Part shown: in pieces, positions 56,370 through 64,000 of the stretch
Layout: each line of letters begins with the position of its first letter
Position numbering within the stretch: the stretch's first letter is position 1
IMG/VR virus record: IMGVR_UViG_3300044971_004534
DNA from: a virus
Strand: one strand, 5' to 3'
Length of the DNA stretch: 64,000 bases
The notes under the pieces: generated by a model
The model's input: the letters and a program-made list of their open reading frames with translations, nothing else
The model's database searches: none
What the model was told of the DNA's origin: nothing
Made by a program: the position numbers and the translations under genes

Positions 56370-57164
56370 TTATATTCTTTTACGATTATGAAAAAATTGA
56401 CTAAAAGCAACTACAGTAAAAGCTCCAGGTGATGGAACGGACGGTGGCACATAGTATCCACCAGTGTCTATACCATAGTACTCTCCAAATCCATAGTTAG
56501 TTCCAAGAGCAAGTGTAGTGCTATAGACATCAAATGGCAGCAAACTAGGAGTAAAAAAGGCTGCGTATGGATCTGCAAATCCTGTTTGAGCTGCCAAAGA
56601 GGTAACCGGGGCTAAATTAATATCTGTCGCCAAAGCTGCCTGCACAATTTGCTTTGTCAATTTATTTTGCTCATTAGTAACAACAAGTGGAGCTTCAACT
56701 GGCTTATCTCCACCAATTTTATTTTCTTTGGGAAATCTAGCAAGTTCATCTGAGATCTGATAGCCACGAGTCTGTTCTTTGTTGTCAATTTTGAATGGTT
56801 TCTGCCAGTGCCCTTGATAAGGTTGGCCAAACAAAGCGGAATTTGACTGCTTATTACTATTATTGTCTTTTTGTTCTTGATTTTTTGGAGCGTCTGCTTT
56901 CCCAATATCAGAAGCTGCAGTTATGGCAGAATTCATGCCATTAATCGCTGACATAAGAGACTGTACTCCACGTTCACCAAGCAATGTGATTGCAGAAGTA
57001 CATACGATGGTCATAACGTAAACTTTTTTCTCTAAGCTTTTAACCTTAGATTTTGCTTCTTCACACATTCTGGCACATGAAGAGCATCCCCCAGAAATGC
57101 TCTCAACATGCGAGTGTGAAACTGGCGTAGGCGCAGGCTGCTGAATGTCTTTTTTAATCCCCAT
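56370..57164 (-). CDS. PEP-CTERM-like membrane/secreted protein
   Basis: C-terminus VPSPGAFTVVAFSQFFHNRKRI; internal helix VYVMTIVCTSAITLL. Confidence 0.55.
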   Translation of the reverse strand: MGIKKDIQQPAPTPVSHSHVESISGGCSSCARMCEEAKSKVKSLEKKVYVMTIVCTSAITLLGERGVQSLMSAINGMNSAITAASDIGKADAPKNQEQKDNNSNKQSNSALFGQPYQGHWQKPFKIDNKEQTRGYQISDELARFPKENKIGGDKPVEAPLVVTNEQNKLTKQIVQAALATDINLAPVTSLAAQTGFADPYAAFFTPSLLPFDVYSTTLALGTNYGFGEYYGIDTGGYYVPPSVPSPGAFTVVAFSQFFHNRKRI

Positions 57165-57304
57165 TTGTACCCCCCGATACTTTGAAGTTGCGAATATACT
57201 TAATTTAAAAATACGATATATTATTTCATTTTCCTTTTGTAATAAGCACTCATCTTATTTGATAATAGTCAGAAAGGTAATGGATTTATTTTTAGTAATA
57301 TTTT

Positions 57305-60004
57305 ATGTATTTAAAGTATTTTATGAATATAGAAAAAACTGCACAACTTAATTGGTTTCGAGGAATAAGGGATCGCATTCGTGGCAACAAGCCAGATGAA
57401 AGCGGTCAAGAATTGTCATTTAATGAACAAGAACTGCGTGGGCTTGAAGAAATAGAAAGAAGAAAGACTGAAGAAGAAAGAAAAAGAGTTGATAAGCTGG
57501 TCCAAGAATCAAAAGAAAGAGCTGAAAGCTTTGGTAGACCTGACAATATTCCCGGAAAATTTGAATTAAGTAGATCTAGTATTCAAAATATATTGTCTAT
57601 GGACAGAGATACTTTATGGCATAAGCTTTGTGCATCTTTTGAGAATTGTTCTCCTTATGTTTCTGAAACTACGGCACAAAGGGGAAGAATAATAAGATAT
57701 CTTGTAGACACTAGGCAAGGCGATTATCGAGGTGGCTGGGGAAGTGTGCTTAGGAGCATAGATTTTCTACTGCAAGGATTAGAATTAGATATACGTAATG
57801 CAGGCAATAATAGTAAAGCGGCAATATCTCATAATAATATGCAAGAAATTTTTACCAATAGAGATTGGCTCATGGCAAATAAAGATGGAATTCAACGAGC
57901 CTATGCACAAGCATCTCCAGACTCTATTAATAAAGAAGTTTTAAATAAATTTTTAACAAATAAACAATCGTATTATGCTCGACGTGATGCAGCTATAGAA
58001 GTATGGGCATCATTTTTAAAAAATAAATATCAATATTACTATGGAAATACATTAAGTGATCAGTATTTTTATAATATTCATCTGTATGCGGATAGGTTAT
58101 GGGAAGATTTTAAATTATATTTTCGATTGATGTCAGGTAATCTATTCCACAACATAGGCATTCAATTAGGTAAAAAATACTTACCAGAAGATATGCAATC
58201 AATTTCTGATGGTGTTCATGCAATAGATGTAAGTATGTTCGACATAGCAAAGCCAGCTAATTTAATGCAATCACGCAGTAATGCAAGGGGTGAAAATGAT
58301 ATCTTTTATAATTGGACCGTGAATAAATGGAAAGAATTTGTAGAAGATACACATTTAATGCTAAGCGTCTTTGGATTTAATTTAAAAGGTGTGTCAAATA
58401 TTAATAATATAAATGGAGAAAATTTATATTACAATATGATGCAAAAAATAATTATGATAGAAAATATTGTTAATAGAGATCCTTTTATAAGTCATATTTT
58501 TAATAACAGTAGATTAGATTTAGGAGATAGCTATTATATATATGCACAAATTAAAGACAAAATGAGTGCTGATCATAATCCAAATAGAGAAGAATATTTA
58601 GTTTCTATATTAAATCAAATTTATGTTAATCAGCATGGAGGGTACTCAAGAGCAATATCTGAAGCTTCAGATGAAAGTTTGAGATCGGCGGCAGATAGGG
58701 TGCCATTTGCAGTAGAACATATTTTATTGCATTTAGAATTTGGTGAAAATATGTATAATGTTATTAATAATTTTGACCAATATCAATCTGCTCTAAATTC
58801 ATACAGAGAAAAACAGCATTCAGCATTAAAAAAAGTAAGAAACGTTCTAGCCAATCCTGATTTAACACAGATGTCTCCCGAAGAGGCAAGACAGTATTTT
58901 GTAGAAAAACTTAATAGACTAGCGAATAGGGAGTTTGAAGGTAGCAATATCGAAAAGGCAAAGCAAGAGCAAATTCTTGATTCTCCATTTGAGCACACAT
59001 CAGTGATAAGACCGTCTACCTTTCCTGGTCAAGCAGCATTTAATAGCAACTCCTTGCCTGAATTGCAAGGAACTCCAATTTCTTTTAATATAGCAATTTA
59101 TCCAAAAAAGAAAGAAAATGACCCGGAAAACTTTGCACAAGTTCTTGCTCCAGGTGGGCACGCACAAGATGGACTAAACTTTCATCATCAGAATATTCCG
59201 TCATTAGAAAATAAGAAATATTATAGTCATATACTTGGCTGGATAGGTGGATGGGTTGACGTAGTAGGCTCGAACATGTATATAGCAGAAATTCAAAGCG
59301 ACGTTATGCAACATACGTCTTACATGAAAGATCCAGAAAAGTCAAAAACAAAATTGAACGAAGAACTTAAAAAGCAAATGCAAGAATTGCAAAAAGAAAA
59401 AGACAATCTTGCTAAACAATCTACAGAAGGTATAGAAAAATTCTATGATAAAAGAATTGAAGAGTTAGAAAAAAAGAGAGATAGCGCAAATAATGAGGCA
59501 ATGAAGCAGCAAATGGATACTGCAATAAAAAAATTAACAGAACAAAAAAACGCTAAAGAAGATCCGTGGGTTAAACTAAGAAAAAAAATAAAAGACATAG
59601 AAAATGTTATTGTTGAAATTAAAAATCAAATTCAAGAGCTTATTGATTATGAAAGAAACACTAACGATCAATGGAGAAAAAGGCCGCAGTTTGCTGATGT
59701 AAAGTCAAAAATAGAAAATAGATTTTCTGAATATGTCGATGTTTTTTATAATGAAGCAATTTACTATTGTGCTCAACTCAAAATTAAAGGTTTATGGATA
59801 GTGCATTCAGATCTTTTAGCTGCAGTCTGGCGACATTTTGCAACGGCTGATACCGTAGAAATGTATAAGAAAATATACGACAAACGAGCGATGGAGATGG
59901 GAGCAGAAAAGAAGGGCAACTGGTGGCACTTAGATCTTACCAAGAAAATGCCTAAGTATGCAAGCACAAATTGGTATCAAAGGACTAAAAATGGGATGGT
60001 ATAA
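57305..60004 (+). CDS. large hypothetical protein (899 aa), paralog 1
   Basis: ORF track (alt. start ATG 57323, MNIEKTAQLNWFRG); C-terminal ~350 aa colinear with the next gene incl. IAEIQSDVMQ and ENRF motifs; ends STNWYQRTKNGMV. Confidence 0.7.
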   Translation: MYLKYFMNIEKTAQLNWFRGIRDRIRGNKPDESGQELSFNEQELRGLEEIERRKTEEERKRVDKLVQESKERAESFGRPDNIPGKFELSRSSIQNILSMDRDTLWHKLCASFENCSPYVSETTAQRGRIIRYLVDTRQGDYRGGWGSVLRSIDFLLQGLELDIRNAGNNSKAAISHNNMQEIFTNRDWLMANKDGIQRAYAQASPDSINKEVLNKFLTNKQSYYARRDAAIEVWASFLKNKYQYYYGNTLSDQYFYNIHLYADRLWEDFKLYFRLMSGNLFHNIGIQLGKKYLPEDMQSISDGVHAIDVSMFDIAKPANLMQSRSNARGENDIFYNWTVNKWKEFVEDTHLMLSVFGFNLKGVSNINNINGENLYYNMMQKIIMIENIVNRDPFISHIFNNSRLDLGDSYYIYAQIKDKMSADHNPNREEYLVSILNQIYVNQHGGYSRAISEASDESLRSAADRVPFAVEHILLHLEFGENMYNVINNFDQYQSALNSYREKQHSALKKVRNVLANPDLTQMSPEEARQYFVEKLNRLANREFEGSNIEKAKQEQILDSPFEHTSVIRPSTFPGQAAFNSNSLPELQGTPISFNIAIYPKKKENDPENFAQVLAPGGHAQDGLNFHHQNIPSLENKKYYSHILGWIGGWVDVVGSNMYIAEIQSDVMQHTSYMKDPEKSKTKLNEELKKQMQELQKEKDNLAKQSTEGIEKFYDKRIEELEKKRDSANNEAMKQQMDTAIKKLTEQKNAKEDPWVKLRKKIKDIENVIVEIKNQIQELIDYERNTNDQWRKRPQFADVKSKIENRFSEYVDVFYNEAIYYCAQLKIKGLWIVHSDLLAAVWRHFATADTVEMYKKIYDKRAMEMGAEKKGNWWHLDLTKKMPKYASTNWYQRTKNGMV

Positions 60005-63000
60005 GTTTGCACAACTTCATGCAATGAAGTGCTCTCCAGTAAACTTGAAAAAGTTACTGCAATTTGCACACACTCCAGGACAGGCTTATTTGTTCGAGAT
60101 GGGCGAAGAACATTCTGCTATGCAAAAACACATAGAAAGACTTGGCGGAAAAAGATATAAAATTCAATTTTTACTCAACACGTTTGATGCAATGCTTACC
60201 GATCTAGATAACACAAAATTAGATTTTGAAGTAGATCAAGATAGGATTGCAAATCGCATAGATTCCGACTATGTAGAAGAATCATATGGTTATATTTTTG
60301 ATGAAGATGACACTAAGTTTTGGGAAAACATAGATGGCATAAATGATCAAGTTTTAGAATTTATTGAAGAATCTTGGGATGTTTCTGAAGATGACTTTGA
60401 GAGTCGCTTATTTCATTATCCAGTAAGTAGTCGTGAACCAAATAATTCAAAAGAACTCGTTAGTCTCAAAGACATTTCAGAAGAACTGTCTAGTTTTGCG
60501 TATTTTGGAGATATGATTTCTTGCATAGGCAATTTGAAACATGATAAATATGTAGCTCGTGATATCATGAGAGAAATAGCGGATATAGATATTGATTTAA
60601 GGTCAATGGGAGAATCAGCAACCGGCATTCATGTTCATACGTGGGCTAAAAATAAAGGCATTGATCTGACGCTTGCTGTGGTTCAAAAAGCAGCAGGTGG
60701 AGAACAAAATGTTGAGATCGCAAAATACGATCCAGATTCAGCAAAACAAATAGCACAAAAAGCTTACTCTAATGTTGCAAATTCTTGGGTTGACAGTATA
60801 GAAAAATTACCACATTCTAAAACAGATTTAGAAGAAGCAATTGAAGAAGCATTCAGAGATCAGGTAAAAGAATCATGGTGGGAGTCTAACAAACAACGCT
60901 TTATGGAAGATGCAGTTGATAATGAAATTGAAAGTACTGCGGATTCATTTAATTATGATGATAGAAGATGGGCTAAAAACACATTGCCCGCAGAATCAGT
61001 AGACCCAAACGTCAGACATCATGTAAGTAAAACTTTTACGGAAGCATTAAAGGAGCACAGCTGGCTAGATAGAGACGAAGATTCTGGTCATGTACAGGTT
61101 GAAGCTAGTAGCTATTTTGCAAACTTAGGAGTTAAAGATTGGAGTAAAATAGCGGATGATATACAGGAAATGGCGGATGACCACGCAATGACTGGTTACG
61201 AAGATTATGTAAAAGAAATAAGATCATATACATCTATGATTAATTGGATTGTAGCAAGTGATCCAGACTTGTCTGCAATCTTTTCTGATGAAGACGCAGA
61301 CCCGACAACACTTACGCAGACTGCTACGGATTTGGGGCAAATAGTTAAAACTTCATATGAGGTTATATCTCTTATGCCTCAGGACGATGCAAGACGCATG
61401 GAGCAAAGCATAACTGCAGAAAATCCAGAGATTGAAGACTGGATTAAAGCCTTAAGAGAAAGAGAAGAAGTAGAAAGACAGGCGAGAGAAACTCAAGCTG
61501 CCATGCTTGCGGAAGAAGAGGCAAGAAAAGCTATACAAAGATCAAATAGAGAAAGAATTGAAAAAGAAGTTTCTGAAGAGTCTAAAAAAATTAATGATCC
61601 AAATATCGGCTCAAGGTCTTTCACAGAAGAGCAAAAGCAGCAGGCAAAAACTCAAAACATTATTGGTAAACCATTTGAGCACATGTCAACATTGCGGGTT
61701 GATCAAAAATACCCTGGAGTGAGCGCCTTTGTGTTAAAGCCAGTACCTATGGAAAGTGAAGTTCCTTATAAGACTTTCCATATTGCTATATATCCAAAAA
61801 AGGAGCAAAGCGATCCGACAAGACTGCATGATGTCTTTGATAGAAGTGCGGGTTTAAATTTTCATGGATTTAGTTTTCCTGAACATGTGAATGAAAATTA
61901 TTACGATCTTATTGGATGGGTTGGCGGCACTATTGACCTTTATAATAAGATAATGTACGTCACAGAAATACAAAGTGATGTAATGCAAAATACCCCTCGC
62001 ATGAAAGATGTTTCCAAGAGCATTGTTGCTTTGAACGAGGGAAAAAATAGCTTATTAGCTGAAGCTGAAAAAATAAAAACATATATTACCACAAATGATA
62101 TCAATGCATATTATGACAAGAGAATACAAGATTTAAAATTAAAAATTCAATCCATGAGTGACAGTCCTGCTGCAATGCAAATGCAGCAAGCTGTTTTAAA
62201 ATTAGAAGAGTTAAAGAATAAGGGTGTAGACCCTTTTGAAAAAGAAAGACAAAAACTACACGATATTGACAATAAACTTAAAGAGATTAATAGGCAAATA
62301 AATGATATAGAAGAATTTGATAAGAAACCTTCTGCCAAACTAAATAAACCTCATCTTTCAGAATTAAGATCTCGAATAGAAAATAGATTTACTGATTGGG
62401 TAGATACCTTCTATAATGAAATATTTATGTATTGTTCTCGCTTAGGAATAAAACATTTATATATAGCAGCTTCTTCTTATTTGTATCTAACATGGAGACA
62501 GTATGCCAAGGCATCTACACTAGAATTGTATAAAAAGATATATGATACAAAGGCTGAGAAGTACGGAATGCGTAAAGTACATTATAAGGGTGTCACGTAT
62601 TGGCATTTAGATCTATCAGAAAACATGCCAAAGTTTGCGAGCAAAGAAAGGTTACAAATGTCTAAAAATAATTGGTATAGGCAAATTAAAACTGCAATGG
62701 ATTTTAGCAGTATTTACATTGATGATATAAAAAGAAAATTTTCTAATGGAGAGATTACGGAAGAGCAAATGCAAGCGCAGATACGTGAAAGATATATGGA
62801 ACACACACAAGATCCAACTACTCGTGACCCAAAACTGTTTATTATAGAAGCAAAAACTTTCTTTGATACGATTAAGCATATTGAAGGCAGAGAAAGGGGT
62901 GGAGAAGATTCTGAGTTTTCAAAAGCTCAATTTATGAGGGAAGCATTGGGTCAGTTTTTAGAATTTAATGGTAAGAAATATACAGACAGAGACGGCAAGC

Positions 63001-63086
63001 TAGAAGAGCCATTTAAATCAATACTTCAAAGATTGCTTATACAGAAATTTAATTACGACATGGATTTAGATGAAATGGTAGAGTGA
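59991..63086 (+). CDS. large hypothetical protein (1031 aa), paralog 2
   Basis: ATG 59991 (MGWYKFAQL) in frame of ORF-track 59958..63086; VTEIQSDVMQ, ENRF, NNWYRQIK motifs. Confidence 0.7.
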   Translation: MGWYKFAQLHAMKCSPVNLKKLLQFAHTPGQAYLFEMGEEHSAMQKHIERLGGKRYKIQFLLNTFDAMLTDLDNTKLDFEVDQDRIANRIDSDYVEESYGYIFDEDDTKFWENIDGINDQVLEFIEESWDVSEDDFESRLFHYPVSSREPNNSKELVSLKDISEELSSFAYFGDMISCIGNLKHDKYVARDIMREIADIDIDLRSMGESATGIHVHTWAKNKGIDLTLAVVQKAAGGEQNVEIAKYDPDSAKQIAQKAYSNVANSWVDSIEKLPHSKTDLEEAIEEAFRDQVKESWWESNKQRFMEDAVDNEIESTADSFNYDDRRWAKNTLPAESVDPNVRHHVSKTFTEALKEHSWLDRDEDSGHVQVEASSYFANLGVKDWSKIADDIQEMADDHAMTGYEDYVKEIRSYTSMINWIVASDPDLSAIFSDEDADPTTLTQTATDLGQIVKTSYEVISLMPQDDARRMEQSITAENPEIEDWIKALREREEVERQARETQAAMLAEEEARKAIQRSNRERIEKEVSEESKKINDPNIGSRSFTEEQKQQAKTQNIIGKPFEHMSTLRVDQKYPGVSAFVLKPVPMESEVPYKTFHIAIYPKKEQSDPTRLHDVFDRSAGLNFHGFSFPEHVNENYYDLIGWVGGTIDLYNKIMYVTEIQSDVMQNTPRMKDVSKSIVALNEGKNSLLAEAEKIKTYITTNDINAYYDKRIQDLKLKIQSMSDSPAAMQMQQAVLKLEELKNKGVDPFEKERQKLHDIDNKLKEINRQINDIEEFDKKPSAKLNKPHLSELRSRIENRFTDWVDTFYNEIFMYCSRLGIKHLYIAASSYLYLTWRQYAKASTLELYKKIYDTKAEKYGMRKVHYKGVTYWHLDLSENMPKFASKERLQMSKNNWYRQIKTAMDFSSIYIDDIKRKFSNGEITEEQMQAQIRERYMEHTQDPTTRDPKLFIIEAKTFFDTIKHIEGRERGGEDSEFSKAQFMREALGQFLEFNGKKYTDRDGKLEEPFKSILQRLLIQKFNYDMDLDEMVE

Positions 63087-63130
63087 TTTCTACGACAAAT
63101 AAGTAAAAGCTCTATCATAGGAGAACTTAC

Positions 63131-63274
63131 ATGGGAAAAAATGTTAGAAATAATTACAGCGACAATGGCATGACTAGAAGAAACTGGAAGGCAAAAATGA
63201 TGAAGAAAAAGCATGACCGAATAAGAAATCTTGAAGGCTGCAATGCAAGAAAGCAAGCCGAAAACCCTCAGTAA
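63131..63274 (+). CDS. small basic protein (47 aa)
   Basis: Hand-translated MGKNVRNNYSDNGMTRRNWKAKMMKKKHDRIRNLEGCNARKQAENPQ; AGGAG upstream; terminator overlaps the stop. Confidence 0.4.
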   Translation: MGKNVRNNYSDNGMTRRNWKAKMMKKKHDRIRNLEGCNARKQAENPQ

Positions 63275-63286
63275 TGAGGGTTTTTT
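63261..63286 (+). terminator. rho-independent terminator
   Basis: AAAACCCTCA-gtaa-TGAGGGTTTT followed by TT. Confidence 0.8.
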
Positions 63287-63309
63287 AATTAAAGCTTGTA
63301 ATATATTAC

Positions 63310-63762
63310 ATGTTTAAAGTAAATGATATTAAAATATCAAAATATGACTGGATCAATATCGGCATACATGCTGGTTGGATCAAGACATCTCATATGGGGC
63401 ACGCTCCAAATGTCTACGATATGACTGCGCATATGTTGCATTACAGAAGCTTGTACGAAGAACACATCAGTCCTGTTATAAAAAAATTGGCAGTTCATTT
63501 GCAAAAAGGTCTTTTTAATAAAGAAATGGCTTTGGCTTCTTTTGAAAGAATTGCTCATAAAGGAATAGAAATGTATATTAAGGAGCATGGTGAAATAGAC
63601 GTGACTCCAATGATTGTAAGATCTATAGCTGAAAACTTATTAGACAACTACATGGAAGAGATAACAGATGAGCTTTTGACTATAAGTGACGAAAATATTG
63701 TGTCGAAAAATAAGGATGAGAAGAAAAAAGCTCCCAATAAACGCAGAGACCGTAATCCATAG
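63310..63762 (+). CDS. QYKLSK-domain-related protein (divergent)
   Basis: MFKVNDIKISKYDWINIGIHAGWIKTSH N-terminus. Confidence 0.6.
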   Translation: MFKVNDIKISKYDWINIGIHAGWIKTSHMGHAPNVYDMTAHMLHYRSLYEEHISPVIKKLAVHLQKGLFNKEMALASFERIAHKGIEMYIKEHGEIDVTPMIVRSIAENLLDNYMEEITDELLTISDENIVSKNKDEKKKAPNKRRDRNP

Positions 63763-64000
63763 CAGATACGGTCAACCTAGATACATAACAAGAGTTTCTA
63801 AAAAAGAATACCTCATACGTGGGGTGTCTAGTTTTATTAGAATGGGATACTCTGATGACTTAAAAGCTGAGTATGAATTTGTGGACTTTGACGGCGGACC
63901 TTTCCTTCAGGTTGGCGACATACTGCTTATGAATGTGCAGTATCAAGAAAATAAAAAAATAGTATCGCTTAAGCCAAGTGATAGCCCTCAAGAAGGCGAT
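63716..64000 (+). CDS. hypothetical protein, 3'-truncated at window edge
   Basis: Frame open from ATG 63716 to the window end; MRRKKLPINAETVIHSRYGQPRYITRVSKKEYLIRGV...; 47-nt overlap with previous gene. Confidence 0.45.
   Translation, partial: MRRKKLPINAETVIHSRYGQPRYITRVSKKEYLIRGVSSFIRMGYSDDLKAEYEFVDFDGGPFLQVGDILLMNVQYQENKKIVSLKPSDSPQEGD

Overview
This window is gene-dense, almost entirely on the + strand, and made of short ORFs with 7 tRNAs and a tmRNA. It reads as part of a large dsDNA phage or prophage-like element rather than core bacterial chromosome. I could not recognise any rRNA, CRISPR array, integrase/transposase, capsid or terminase gene by eye. There are five blocks. (1) 1-5.2 kb is a tandem array of small paralogous genes (ERDEAR...GWDCF family) with ATGA/GTGA coupled junctions and twin sigma70-type promoters. 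(2) 5.2-11.6 kb holds mixed small genes: a metallophosphoesterase, wHTH-like paralogs, a DUF4385-like protein, a HEAT/LRV repeat protein, an Endo VII/HNH nuclease and a methyltransferase-like protein, plus a 3x48-bp tandem repeat. (3) 12.4-16.5 kb is the only long minus-strand block. It carries a PAP2 phosphatase, an LpxH/PlcP-like metallophosphoesterase and a GT4 glycosyltransferase (a candidate phospholipid-to-glycolipid remodelling cassette) behind two copies of a 28-bp palindrome, followed by a lipoprotein. (4) 16.5-47.1 kb is a GC-rich block of about 60 genes, including a RadA-like ATPase, ClpS, a MoxR AAA+ ATPase with its VWA/zincin partner, an AT-hook protein, UvdE, DUF932, a DEDD exonuclease and many small unknowns. 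In this block, 39 intergenic copies of CTCGTTTTCCCCC-N13-TTG sit in fixed register with start codons. I interpret them as a candidate phage-specific promoter, with about half apparently driving leaderless mRNAs. (5) At 47.1 kb the sequence switches abruptly to AT-rich and stays so to 64 kb. This block has a different promoter-like motif, membrane proteins, a GT47-like transferase, an S8 protease with a dockerin-like tail and two minus-strand PEP-CTERM proteins. It also has three copies of a two-gene module and two tandem ~900-1040 aa paralogs, all linked by a recurring [NG]W[YLFMI]K peptide motif. All functional calls come from motif recognition by eye. No database search or computation was possible, and the composition statements are qualitative.
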